Assembly (NCBI GenBank): GCA_043821645.1
Contig: JBDRCO010000089.1
Span: 32,001-96,000, forward strand
Source of the DNA: Pseudomonadota bacterium
GTDB taxonomy: Bacteria; Myxococcota; JACRCW01; JAFGSX01
Length of the DNA stretch: 64,000 nt
Reading direction: 5' to 3'
Shown: positions 24,826 to 34,836 of the stretch, piece after piece
Position numbering within the stretch: the first letter of the stretch is position 1
How the letters are laid out: every line of letters starts with the position of its first letter
The notes under the pieces: model-generated
Told to the model about the DNA's origin: nothing
Databases searched by the model: none
The model's input: the letters and a program-made list of their open reading frames with translations, nothing else
Position numbers and translations under genes: made by a program

Positions 24826-25944
24826 TCACGCCTCGCCGCGCGCCAGGTCCTCGACCTTGATCCCGTCGATGCGCTCGACCCAACCAAAGGGGTCGTCCTC
24901 GTAGCCACGCTGCAGGCGGTTGAGGTAGGTGAACAGCTTCTGGCTCAGCTCGCCGGTCTTGTGGTTGTTGATCTGCACTTCCTGACCCTTGTAGGCCAGG
25001 GTGCCGACGGGCGAGATGACCGCAGCCGTGCCCGTGCCAAAGCACTCCTTGAGTTCACCTGAGCGCGCAGTCTCGATGACCTCGTCGATGGAGATGGTGC
25101 GCTCGACCACCTTCAGGCCCCAGTGCTTGCAGATCTGGATCACGCTGTCCCGGGTCACCCCGGCCAGGATGGTGCCGCCGAGAGGAGGCGTGACGACCTC
25201 GTCCTGGAAGCGGAAGAAGATGTTCATGGTGCCGACTTCCTCGACCCAGCGGTGCTCGATGGCATCGAGCCACAGCACCTGGGTGTAGCCGGCCTTGGCT
25301 GCCTTTTGCTGCGCGCACAGCGAATGGGCGTAGTTGGCTGCGGTCTTGGCCTCGCCCAGGCCTCCCTTGACCGCGCGCACATCCTCGTCGCTGACCCAGA
25401 TGGCCACGGGGTTGAAGCCCTCGGGGTAGTAGGCACCCACCGGGCCGACGATGACGTAGAAGGCATACTCGTCTCCGGGGCGCACGCCCAGAAAGGGGTC
25501 GGTGGCGATGGCCGTGGGCCGGATGTATAGCGAGCTGGCCTCGTCCGCGGGGATCCAGGACTGCTCGAGCAGCACCAGCGACTTGACCGCGCGACCGAAG
25601 AAGGCCTCGTCGATCATCTCCATCATCAGGCGGTTGGCGGACCTGCACATGCGCTCGGCATTCTTCTGCCAGCGGAACAGGTAGATGCCCCCGTCCTTAC
25701 CTCGGTAGGCCTTGAGCCCCTCGAAGATCTCCTGGCCGTAGTGCAAGCAGATGGCGGCCGCGTCGATCTGCAGCAGGCGCATGGGCTCGATGCGCGTCAT
25801 GTGCCAGCCGTTCTGGCGGTCGAACTCGGTGGCGAAGAAGTGGTCGCTGAAATAGCGACCGAAGCCCAACTTGGCATCGGCAGCTGGTCTGGCGCGCATC
25901 TGGTCTGGACGAGCCCGGTGGATCACGATGCGTTGACGCGACAT
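24826..25944 (-). CDS. ilvE: Branched-chain amino acid aminotransferase
   Basis: LHYGQEIFEGLKAY, SLYIRP, AKTAANY (PLP Lys), EEVGTMN, ILAGVTRDS, GTAAVISP. Confidence 0.96.
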   Translation of the reverse strand: MSRQRIVIHRARPDQMRARPAADAKLGFGRYFSDHFFATEFDRQNGWHMTRIEPMRLLQIDAAAICLHYGQEIFEGLKAYRGKDGGIYLFRWQKNAERMCRSANRLMMEMIDEAFFGRAVKSLVLLEQSWIPADEASSLYIRPTAIATDPFLGVRPGDEYAFYVIVGPVGAYYPEGFNPVAIWVSDEDVRAVKGGLGEAKTAANYAHSLCAQQKAAKAGYTQVLWLDAIEHRWVEEVGTMNIFFRFQDEVVTPPLGGTILAGVTRDSVIQICKHWGLKVVERTISIDEVIETARSGELKECFGTGTAAVISPVGTLAYKGQEVQINNHKTGELSQKLFTYLNRLQRGYEDDPFGWVERIDGIKVEDLARGEA

Positions 25945-26126
25945 GCGGCCTCCGTCCCCCGGTTGTCAGCGGGGTGGCCAGCCACCGCGCTGGCCGCGAG
26001 GATACAACGCGCCACCGCAGGAGTGAACCCATGCCAATCCGCCGGGTCCGCGCGCCCGAAGTCGGCGCTTTTTTCCGCGCCCTGGCATGATCACCTGGTG
26101 CAACGGGTCGGGCTGCCGGAGGGATC

Positions 26127-26543
26127 ATGATGCGGGTCGTGCGCATACTGCTGCCATTGATTGCCCTGACCTGCGCCTGTCCGGCCAAGGTCGAGCCCGC
26201 CGGAAGGCGTCTGGAGAGGTTCTCCGAGCTTCAGATCGATGGAAAGGCGCTGGCGAGCCGCTACCAGGCTGATCTGCGAAAGGCCTACGATGCAGCGCCG
26301 GAGATCGGCTGCGAGGTCTACGACAAGCCAGACCTGGAGATCCACGAACTGTCCGGCAATACCCAGGAAACGCGGATCTCCTCCGTGTTCCTGACTGCGC
26401 GCTACATCTATCCCGGGCTGTACCTGGATGCCTGGACAGAGCGCATGAAGGGGACGACGGCGCGTTGCTTCGCCATCGATGACGCGTTTCGGCAACTGCT
26501 TGTCGCCTACCCTGCGCATACCCGACCCGACGATCCTCTGTAG
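26127..26543 (+). CDS. Hypothetical lipoprotein
   Basis: Signal peptide ending LTCAC; plausible codon usage; GGAGG RBS. Confidence 0.55.
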   Translation: MMRVVRILLPLIALTCACPAKVEPAGRRLERFSELQIDGKALASRYQADLRKAYDAAPEIGCEVYDKPDLEIHELSGNTQETRISSVFLTARYIYPGLYLDAWTERMKGTTARCFAIDDAFRQLLVAYPAHTRPDDPL

Positions 26544-26588
26544 GGCAGCCATGGCTCACGACCGCTCGCGGGCGCGCAGGAGTCTCCC

Positions 26589-26948
26589 ATGGATCTCGCA
26601 GTGCTGTGGATGACGGGCCTGGTGGCCGTGCTGCACGTCGGCTTCCTGATCCTCGAGATGTTCCTGTGGGCGCGGCCGCTAGGTCGTCGTGTCTTCGGGC
26701 ACTCCCGAGAGGTGGCCACCACGACCCGCGTGCTGGCTGCCAACCAGGGCCTGTACAACGGCTTCCTCGCTGCGGGACTGGTCTGGGGGCTGTGGCTGGG
26801 ACCCGCGGGGGCGGACCTGAGAGTGTTCTTTCTCGGCTGTGTGCTGGTGGCTGGCCTGTTCGGTGCACTCACGGCGAGTCGGCTGATCCTGTTCGTGCAA
26901 GCTTTGCCCGCGGCCCTGGCGTTGCTGCTGAACCTGCTCGCCCGCTAG
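26589..26948 (+). CDS. DUF1304 family membrane protein
   Basis: LEMFLW and LAANQGLYNGFLAAGL signature. Confidence 0.9.
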   Translation: MDLAVLWMTGLVAVLHVGFLILEMFLWARPLGRRVFGHSREVATTTRVLAANQGLYNGFLAAGLVWGLWLGPAGADLRVFFLGCVLVAGLFGALTASRLILFVQALPAALALLLNLLAR

Positions 26949-28546
26949 CGTTCGGGAGTGGGAGGCACTGCAGGCGCCGGTATGTCCAGGCTCTGGTCCC
27001 GGGCCTGGAGCAGCTCGGATCCGAGCTGTGCTGCCATGTGCTCGTCCAGGAGACCGTCGGCGGTGAGTTCGCGCAGGGCGTCGCGGGCCACCTCGAGCAG
27101 GTGTGCGTCGATCTCCTCGCGGCGTGTGGCCACCGCACCTGCCATCTCGGTCTGCGTCACGTCGGCCAGGCGTGTCTCCATTTCCTGCACCAGGGCCGCG
27201 CGCTCGTTCTCCAGCCTGGCGTGCACAGGCTGCAGGATCATATCGGGCTCACCGTGATCGTCGTCGATGATCTGCACTGCCTGCAGCTGGGCGCGCAGCA
27301 CGCGCAGCCGCGCCAGCCTCAGGTCCAGCCATCGCACAGCCTCGCTGCGCGATCGCACCAGGCCCAGACGGCGGAGCACCAGACCCATGGTAGAGCCCTG
27401 CACCAGGATGGACAGCACCACCACGCCAAAGGTCATGGTGACGATGAGCTCGCGCCCAGGCAGGTCGCGCGGCAGGCTCATGGCCAGCACCATGGACAGA
27501 GACCCGCGCAGCCCACCCCAGAACAGCACGGTGGCGCTCCGGCCGTCGAGGGACTGGCCCAGCCTGCGCAGCAGGGGGAGTGGCGCGTAGACGGCCACCG
27601 CGCGGCCAACCAGCACGGCGACGAAGGCGAGCCCGATGGCGGCCTTGTGCTCCCACATCGCACCCAGAGAGACCTCGAGCCCAAGCAGCAAGAAGACGAT
27701 GCTGTTGATGAAGAAGGCAGCGTATTCCCAGAAGGACAACACGGCCTCGCGCGAGGTCGGACTCATGCCGCGCGTCTTTCCAATGTTGCCAACCATCAGG
27801 CCCGCAACCACGGTGGCGATGACGCCTGAGACGTGGATGCGCTCGGCGATCAGGAAGGCGCCCCAGGCCGTGACCGTGGTCAGGGCGATCTCGATCAGGT
27901 GGTCGTCGACCTGGGCCGTCGCCCAGGAGGCCAGGAGCCCGATCGCCGCGCCGATGATCGCGCCGCCGGCGAATACCAGCACGAACTGCCAGATGGCGCC
28001 GCCCGCGCTCGTCGGCTGCCCCAGGGCCATGGCCAGCACGATGCCGAACACCACCACGCCGGTACCGTCATTGAGCAGACTCTCACCCTCGACCAGCACG
28101 CCCAGCCGCCGGCTCACGCCCAGTTGCTTGAACAGGGACACCACACTGATGGGGTCCGTGGCGGCGATGAGTGCGCCGAACAGCAGGGCCAGTTGCCAGG
28201 GCAGGGCCTCGCCCTCACCGATGGCGCGCACCTCCGTGAACAGCACCAGTCCGGTGGCACTCATGGCCAGCAGCACACCCGGGATGGCCAGGGTGACCAC
28301 AGCGGTCGAGACTTGCCTCAATTCGCGCGCCTGCACGTGGATGGCCGCCTCGAACAGCAGGGCCGGCAGCAGCACCGTCATCAGCAGTTCCTGGGTCAGG
28401 TGCAGCGGAGGCACCGCGCCGACCTCGTGCATGCCAATGCCGACGACCACCAGGGCGATGGTATAGGGTAGGCGCAGACGGCGGGTGGCCATGGCGACCA
28501 CGGTGGCGACCAGGATCAGGGCGACCACGGCGTCGATGGTGTGCAC
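26945..28546 (-). CDS. Na+/H+ antiporter, CPA1 family (NhaP-like)
   Basis: LLPALLFEAA, AATDPISVV, EGESLLNDG, WGGLRG motifs; many TM helices. Confidence 0.93.
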   Translation of the reverse strand: MHTIDAVVALILVATVVAMATRRLRLPYTIALVVVGIGMHEVGAVPPLHLTQELLMTVLLPALLFEAAIHVQARELRQVSTAVVTLAIPGVLLAMSATGLVLFTEVRAIGEGEALPWQLALLFGALIAATDPISVVSLFKQLGVSRRLGVLVEGESLLNDGTGVVVFGIVLAMALGQPTSAGGAIWQFVLVFAGGAIIGAAIGLLASWATAQVDDHLIEIALTTVTAWGAFLIAERIHVSGVIATVVAGLMVGNIGKTRGMSPTSREAVLSFWEYAAFFINSIVFLLLGLEVSLGAMWEHKAAIGLAFVAVLVGRAVAVYAPLPLLRRLGQSLDGRSATVLFWGGLRGSLSMVLAMSLPRDLPGRELIVTMTFGVVVLSILVQGSTMGLVLRRLGLVRSRSEAVRWLDLRLARLRVLRAQLQAVQIIDDDHGEPDMILQPVHARLENERAALVQEMETRLADVTQTEMAGAVATRREEIDAHLLEVARDALRELTADGLLDEHMAAQLGSELLQARDQSLDIPAPAVPPTPER

Positions 28547-28702
28547 GACTCAGACCTCCAGTGCATTCTAAGTAACCCACGCAGCTGCTGCTGGCCAGGC
28601 TGCGCACGCGCCTTGCCGGATGCCATCCCATGGGATAGCACACGGCCTTTGAACCGCATGGTGATGGGCTCCCGGCGATGCCGGCAGGCCGCGGGATGTG
28701 AC

Positions 28703-31700
28703 ATGCACGCCACACTCGGAATAGATCTGGGTTCGGTCAACATCAAGCTCTGCCTGCTGCAGCCCGATAGCGTACCGCGTGTGGTGGTCCTGCCCCACGA
28801 GGGAGACATCGGCCGCACCGTGCGCCGTCTTTTCGACGAGCTCGGTGTGGATCCGGAAAGAACAGACCTGCGCGGTCTGGTCACCGGCACCGAGGGCCGG
28901 CACCGTGTGAACCTGCCACAGGAGATCGCGCCCGTGTGCGTCGAGGCCGGTCTGCGGGCCCTGGATCTGCGACCGCGCGCCGTGGTGTCGCTGGGCGGCG
29001 AAGACCTCGCCGTTTACGGCCTCGACGCGCAGGGCAGGGTGATCAGCACCACCGCGGGCAACAAGTGTGCCTCGGGCACCGGCGAGTTTCTGGCCCAGCA
29101 GCTTGGCCGCATGGACCTGCGCATCGCGGACCTGGACCGCGTGGCCGAGGGCGCCTGCGTGCACAAGCTCAGTGCGCGCTGCTCGGTGTTCATGAAGTCA
29201 GATTGCACGCATCGCCTGAACAAGGGCGAGGCCAGCAAGGGCGACATCGCGCTGTCCTTGAGCAAGGTCATGGCCGACAAGGTCGGCGAGTTCCTGCTGC
29301 GCGCCCACATCCTCGACGGACAGGTCGTGCTCGTCGGCGGCGTGACGCGCAACCGCCACCTGCTGCGCTTCCTGCAAGAGGGATGTCCACAGGTCGAGTT
29401 CGTGGTGCCCGAGCTGGCGCCCACCTTCGAGGCCTTCGGCGCGGCTCTGCTGGCGCGCGATCAGGGAGCCGCGCTGCCTGCCCTGGATCGCCTGGTGGGC
29501 CCGGCGCGTGGCCTCGAACTTCCGGTGTTCCAGCCCTTGGACAGCGTTGGCGAGCGCGTTCGCTATGCCAGCAGCATGCGCGGGACCTTCGACCCCGAAG
29601 CCGAGTACATCCTGGGCATCGACGGCGGTTCCACCACCACCAAGGTGGCCCTGATCCATGCCACGACCCTGCAGATCGTGGCTGCGCACTACGGCCGCAC
29701 CCACGGCGACCCGGTGGCCGCACTCAAGAGCTGCCTGCGCGAGGTGCAGATCCAGCTCGGTGGGGCCCGGCCGCGCATCGTGCTCGCCGCCACCACCGGC
29801 TCCTCGCGCGAATTACTGGGTGTGTTTGCCCAGACCCCGGGCGTGTACAACGAGATCATCGCCCACGCCGTGGGCACCACCTACTTCGAGCCCGAGGTCG
29901 ACACCCTGTTCGAGATCGGTGGCCAGGACGCCAAGTACGTGCTGCTGCACAACGGTGTGCCCATCGACTACGCCATGAACGAGGCCTGCAGCGCGGGCAC
30001 CGGCTCTTTTCTCGAGGAGAGCGCGGCGGGCGATCTGGACATTCATCGCGCCGAGGACATCGCACCCCTGGCCCTGCGCTCGAAGGCGCCCCTCAAGTTC
30101 GGAGAGCATTGTTCGGCCTTCATCAACAGCGACATCCGCAAGGCCATACAGCACGGCGCTGGCGTCGAGGACGTGGTGGCGGGGCTGGTCTTCTCCATCG
30201 TCGCCAACTACCTCAACCGCGTCGTGGGCAACCGCAGCGTCGGCGAGCGCATCGTGCTGCAGGGCGGCGTGGCCAAGAACCCGGCCGTGCCCCTGGCCTT
30301 TGCACAGATGACGGGCAAGGCCATCACCGTGCCGCCGGATCCCGAGCTCATGGGCTGTTTCGGTGTGGCGCGCCTGGCGGCGCAAAAGGCTGCCGATGGC
30401 CTGCTGGAGCGTGGTGAATTCGACCTCGAGGCACTGGTCAGCAAGGAGATCGTGACACGCGGCGTCACCACCTGCCGGGCCTGCGACAACCTGTGTTCCA
30501 TCCGTAAGCTCGAGGTGGGCGGCAAGCGCTACCCCTTTGGCGGACGCTGCTCGCGCTTCACCAACGCGCGCAAGAAGCGCCACGTCGACGAGAAACATGT
30601 CGCGGACTGGATAACACGCCGTAGCGAGATGCTGTTTCACGACTTCGCGCCCGACCCCGGGACGCTCCAGGCGCGCTCTGACAAGGTGGTGGGCGTGCCC
30701 ATGGCTTTCTCGGTGCACAGCTTGTGGCCATTCTACGCCTGGTACTTTCATACCCTGGGCGTGCGCGTGGTGAGGTCACAGCAGGTATCGCCCCTGGGCA
30801 TCGCCAAGCAGCAGAGCAACTACTGCTTCCCGGCGGAGATCGCCCATGGCGTGCTGCAGGACGTGCTCGATCAGAACGTGGACTATGTGTTCTTGCCCCA
30901 GTTCCGCGACATGCCGTCGATGGAGCCTGGCGAGGTGCACGCCTGCCTGTGTCCGCTGACCCAGGGCTATCCCTTCTTCGCGCGGCACGCCTTCGACCTC
31001 GACGACAGCCAGATGCTGCGTCCCCTGGTCAGCTTCAAGCACGGCTGGGGCGCCAGCCAGCACGCCTTCGAGGACCTGGCCGAGCAGCTGGGCTTCACCC
31101 GGGCGCAGGGTGGTGCTGCTTATCTGCGCGCGATCACGGAGCAGCAGCGCTACGAGGCTGCGTACCGGCGCTTGGGTGATGAGGTGCTGGCCGAGATCCA
31201 GGCGCACCCAGAACGCTCCTACGTCGCGCTCATGGGCCGGCCCTACAACGCCTTTACCCGCGACGCCAACATGGGTATTCCGCGCAAGTTCACGTCGCTG
31301 GGCATCCACGTGGTGCCCTACGATCTGCTGGTGCAGCCGGACGCCGCGATCCCGCCCAATAACTACTGGTATTTCGGTCAGCACAACATGAAGGCCGCGC
31401 GCTGCCTGCGCGACATCCCCAACCTTCACCTGTGCTGGGTCAGCAACTTCTCCTGCGCGCCGGATTCGTTCTTGCTGCACTACGTGCGCTGGATGATGGG
31501 CAAGAAACCCTACCTGGTGCTCGAGATGGACAGCCACACGGCGGACGCCGGACTGGACACGCGCATCGAGGCCTTCCTGGACATCGTCGAGAGCTACCGT
31601 CGCGCCGGCGGAGAGGTCGGGAAAGAGCGCGGACCGCGCCGCCTGACCATCGAAGCCAAGGCCGAGTTCTGCGACGTGGTCGACAGGGTGACCGGTGAAC

Positions 31701-33013
31701 GCGTGGACATCCGCGACCCGCGGGTTGTGGTGGTGTGGCCCTCCATGGGCGATCTGGGTGTCCAGGCTGCGCGCGTGGCCTCGGCCCGCAACGGTCTACG
31801 CAGCGAGGGCCTGCCAGTGCCAGACCGCCAGTCCACCCAGCTTGTGCGGCAGGTGGCCTCGGGCAAGGAGTACATCCCGGCGCTGCTGGTGCTGGGGTCT
31901 GTGCTGCAGTTCTTCCAGCGCCGCACTCCCAGCCGCCCCGACGAGATCGTGGTGGTGCTGGTGCCCTCGACGCTGGGCCCCTGCCGGACTGGCCAGTACC
32001 ACGTGTTCTACGAGCAGGTGTACGAGGACCTCGGCTGGGACAACGTGGTGCAGTTCGTGGGCTCGAGCGAGAACTCGTATCGCGAGATGGGGCCGACCAC
32101 AGCGCGGGATGTTTGGCGCTCGCTGGCGCTCAGCGACACCTTCACCGACGTGCGCCTGGGCCTGCGCCTGCTCGCCACCGACGTGCCGCGGGCGCTGCAG
32201 ATCTTCGACGAGGAGTGGCAGCGCGTTCTCCAGGGCTTCGAGCAGGGTGGGCAGGCTCTCGACCGCGCCGTGCGCCAGGCCTCGCGGCGACTCGGCGCCA
32301 TCCCGCGGCGACGCAGCCTCGATCAGCTCAAGAAGGTGCTGGTGGTGGGTGAGATCTACGTCCGCCGCGACACCTTCTCGGTGCAGGAGTTGACCGATTA
32401 TCTCGTCGACAGCGACATCTTCCCCAAGGTCACAGGCGTGACCGAGTGGATCTACTACACCGACTACGCGCGCAAGGCCTTGCTCAAGGAACAAGTGCAG
32501 CGTGACGGCGTGCGCCGAGCTCTCGAGGAGGGCGCCCTGCTTGGCGCCAGCCAGTACGTGGTCGAGAAGGCCTGGAAGCACTGGGTCGAGCACAAGGTGC
32601 GCGCGCTGTTCGTGAAGAACGGTTTGGTGCCCGACGTGCCTCACGACATGGATCGCATCATCGAGGAGGGCCGCCACGACTTCGTCGAACCCGAGCTCGA
32701 GAGTGAGGCCACCGTGTCACCCGCCGTCGCCGCGGCCGGGATGAAGAACGGCTACTCGGGGGTGGCCATCATCGCGCCCTTCGGCTGCCTGCCTGGGCGC
32801 CTCATCGAGGGCGTGTACGCACCCTGGGCCAAGGCCCGCGGCTATCCGGTCATCGCCCTCGAGAACGACGGCCAGCCCTATCCGCCCAGCACCCTGGCGC
32901 GGATGGAGGTCTTCGCGCACAACGTGCAGCGCTACCATGGGGAGGATGTGGGCCCAGCCACCCGGCTGCAGGCAGCGGGCACGCAGGGCGCACCACGGTC
33001 GAGCGCCCGGTGA
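28703..33013 (+). CDS. CoA-substrate-specific enzyme activase fusion (two BadF/BcrAD ASKHA ATPase domains + DUF2229/dehydratase-like domains)
   Basis: GIDLGS..K, NKCASGTG, RCSVF, GIDGGSTTTK, EIGGQDAK, NEACSAGTG, CFPAE, NFSCAPDS, PFGCLP. Confidence 0.9.
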   Translation: MHATLGIDLGSVNIKLCLLQPDSVPRVVVLPHEGDIGRTVRRLFDELGVDPERTDLRGLVTGTEGRHRVNLPQEIAPVCVEAGLRALDLRPRAVVSLGGEDLAVYGLDAQGRVISTTAGNKCASGTGEFLAQQLGRMDLRIADLDRVAEGACVHKLSARCSVFMKSDCTHRLNKGEASKGDIALSLSKVMADKVGEFLLRAHILDGQVVLVGGVTRNRHLLRFLQEGCPQVEFVVPELAPTFEAFGAALLARDQGAALPALDRLVGPARGLELPVFQPLDSVGERVRYASSMRGTFDPEAEYILGIDGGSTTTKVALIHATTLQIVAAHYGRTHGDPVAALKSCLREVQIQLGGARPRIVLAATTGSSRELLGVFAQTPGVYNEIIAHAVGTTYFEPEVDTLFEIGGQDAKYVLLHNGVPIDYAMNEACSAGTGSFLEESAAGDLDIHRAEDIAPLALRSKAPLKFGEHCSAFINSDIRKAIQHGAGVEDVVAGLVFSIVANYLNRVVGNRSVGERIVLQGGVAKNPAVPLAFAQMTGKAITVPPDPELMGCFGVARLAAQKAADGLLERGEFDLEALVSKEIVTRGVTTCRACDNLCSIRKLEVGGKRYPFGGRCSRFTNARKKRHVDEKHVADWITRRSEMLFHDFAPDPGTLQARSDKVVGVPMAFSVHSLWPFYAWYFHTLGVRVVRSQQVSPLGIAKQQSNYCFPAEIAHGVLQDVLDQNVDYVFLPQFRDMPSMEPGEVHACLCPLTQGYPFFARHAFDLDDSQMLRPLVSFKHGWGASQHAFEDLAEQLGFTRAQGGAAYLRAITEQQRYEAAYRRLGDEVLAEIQAHPERSYVALMGRPYNAFTRDANMGIPRKFTSLGIHVVPYDLLVQPDAAIPPNNYWYFGQHNMKAARCLRDIPNLHLCWVSNFSCAPDSFLLHYVRWMMGKKPYLVLEMDSHTADAGLDTRIEAFLDIVESYRRAGGEVGKERGPRRLTIEAKAEFCDVVDRVTGERVDIRDPRVVVVWPSMGDLGVQAARVASARNGLRSEGLPVPDRQSTQLVRQVASGKEYIPALLVLGSVLQFFQRRTPSRPDEIVVVLVPSTLGPCRTGQYHVFYEQVYEDLGWDNVVQFVGSSENSYREMGPTTARDVWRSLALSDTFTDVRLGLRLLATDVPRALQIFDEEWQRVLQGFEQGGQALDRAVRQASRRLGAIPRRRSLDQLKKVLVVGEIYVRRDTFSVQELTDYLVDSDIFPKVTGVTEWIYYTDYARKALLKEQVQRDGVRRALEEGALLGASQYVVEKAWKHWVEHKVRALFVKNGLVPDVPHDMDRIIEEGRHDFVEPELESEATVSPAVAAAGMKNGYSGVAIIAPFGCLPGRLIEGVYAPWAKARGYPVIALENDGQPYPPSTLARMEVFAHNVQRYHGEDVGPATRLQAAGTQGAPRSSAR

Positions 33014-34779
33014 CCGAGACGACGCTCCCCCACAGCGGAGCCACCTTTGGCAGCTACGACCTGATCGAGCTGCTGGGCAGCGGCGGCATGGGCGAGGTCT
33101 GGCTGGCGCGGCATCGCCTGATGCAACGCCCGGCCGCCGTCAAGCTGATCCGCCCCGACGTGCTGCGCGGCGCCGACGCCGAGCAATCGCGCACGGTGCT
33201 GCGGCGCTTCGAGCGCGAGGTGCGCGCCACCGCGGCCCTGCGCTCGCCCAACACCATCTCGATCTACGATTTCGGTGTGGCCGAAGATGGCACCTTCTAC
33301 TACGCCATGGAGCTTCTCGAGGGCCTCAACCTGCAGGCCATGGTGCACCATGCTGGCCCGCTGCCCGTCGAGCGCGCTGTGCACTTTCTGCTCCAGGCCT
33401 GCGACTCCCTGGGTGAGGCCCATGGCCAGGGTCTGGTCCACCGCGACATCAAGCCGGGCAACCTGTTCTCCTGTCGCCTCGGCTTGCGCCACGACGTGCT
33501 CAAGGTGCTCGACTTCGGTCTGGTCAAGCTGGACACGGCACCCGACGCGCGAACCCAGCTCACCGCCGACGGCATGATGCTCGGGACCCCCGCCTTCATG
33601 GCGCCTGAGATGGCCCGCGGTAAGGCCAGTCTGGACGGTCGCTGCGATCTGTACGCCCTGGGCTGCGTGGCCCACTGGCTGGTCACCGGCAAGCTGCTCT
33701 TCGACGACGACTCGCCCATAGGCGTGGTCATGGCGCACCTGACCGACGAGCCCGAGCCGCCGTCGAAACACAGCGCGATGCCCATCCCCGCGGCGTTCGA
33801 CGAGGTGGTCCTGCGCTGTCTGCAGAAGAAGCCCGAGGACAGGTACCAGTCTGCCCGTGAGCTGGCAGCAGCGCTCGAGGCCATCCCCCTCGCACCTCGC
33901 TGGACCGTCGAGCGCGCCGAGACCTGGTGGTCCGAGCACTCGCCAGCCCAGGTCGAGCCGGCGCAGAAGGCCATCAGCGATCACCTGTCCGTGCTTCGCC
34001 CTGACCAGGCAGCCGACGCCCCGAATGCGCCCCGACCGGTGGCCAAGAAGGTGCTCGAAGCCGAGCGCGAGCGCGCCATCTCCGAGCTGCGCGCGCACTT
34101 TGTCGAGAGCCACATCGACGCCACCATGCTGCAGCAGCGCATCGGCCTGGCAGAAGACGCCGCGGACGTGGATGCACTCGATCGCATCTTCGCGGACCTG
34201 CCACAGCTTCCTCCGGGCACAGCCCTGGTACCAGTGGCGGCAGATCTGCCTGTTCCCGTCGCCACGCCGGACGAGCCTGTCCCCCTGGCCCTGCGCGACC
34301 CCGCGGCTTCACGCAGCCTGATCTCGGTCTTCTCGGGCCGCAACCTGGCCGGTACCTGGCGTCCGCCCAAGCAGCTACGCATCATCAATGTGTTCGGTGG
34401 CGCCCAGATCGACCTGCGCCAGGCCCAGCTACAGCCCGGCTGCACCACCATCCGGACCTTCAGCGTCTTTGGGGGCTGCGAGGTGGTGGTGCCCCCCGAC
34501 CTGTACGTCGAGGTGGATGGGGTGGGCGTGCTGGGCGCGTTCGAGGAACCCTCCAACTCGAAGGCGCAGCCGCCGCAAGGGTCCACGCCCTGGGTGCGTG
34601 TGACCGGCTTCGCCGTCCTGGGCGGTGTCGGCGTCAAGGTCAAGGGTCCGGACAAACCCGGTCTGCTGCAGCGCCTCGAGCTGCTCCTCGACCCCGAGAG
34701 CGACGACGGCGACAGGGAGGACAGCGACGGCGACGCGCCGCGCGCCTTGCCACCGCACACGACGTCCAAACCATCCTGA
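33010..34779 (+). CDS. Ser/Thr protein kinase with C-terminal DUF1707-like and LiaF/DUF2154-like domains
   Basis: GSGGMGEV, AVK, HRDIKPGN, DFG, GTPAFMAPE; ERERAISELRAHF..IFADLP; VFGGAQIDLR..VFGGCEVVVP. Confidence 0.9.
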   Translation: MTETTLPHSGATFGSYDLIELLGSGGMGEVWLARHRLMQRPAAVKLIRPDVLRGADAEQSRTVLRRFEREVRATAALRSPNTISIYDFGVAEDGTFYYAMELLEGLNLQAMVHHAGPLPVERAVHFLLQACDSLGEAHGQGLVHRDIKPGNLFSCRLGLRHDVLKVLDFGLVKLDTAPDARTQLTADGMMLGTPAFMAPEMARGKASLDGRCDLYALGCVAHWLVTGKLLFDDDSPIGVVMAHLTDEPEPPSKHSAMPIPAAFDEVVLRCLQKKPEDRYQSARELAAALEAIPLAPRWTVERAETWWSEHSPAQVEPAQKAISDHLSVLRPDQAADAPNAPRPVAKKVLEAERERAISELRAHFVESHIDATMLQQRIGLAEDAADVDALDRIFADLPQLPPGTALVPVAADLPVPVATPDEPVPLALRDPAASRSLISVFSGRNLAGTWRPPKQLRIINVFGGAQIDLRQAQLQPGCTTIRTFSVFGGCEVVVPPDLYVEVDGVGVLGAFEEPSNSKAQPPQGSTPWVRVTGFAVLGGVGVKVKGPDKPGLLQRLELLLDPESDDGDREDSDGDAPRALPPHTTSKPS

Positions 34780-34836
34780 ACCTTCGTGCCATCGACCACG
34801 GGTTCTGCGGTCGCGCACCCTCGAGAGAGTGCGGAA

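Noticed and set aside
28541-28702. Upstream extensions of ORF-track calls (also 2952, 41596, 47702, 49593, 56318)
   Set aside because: Family similarity and RBS point to downstream starts
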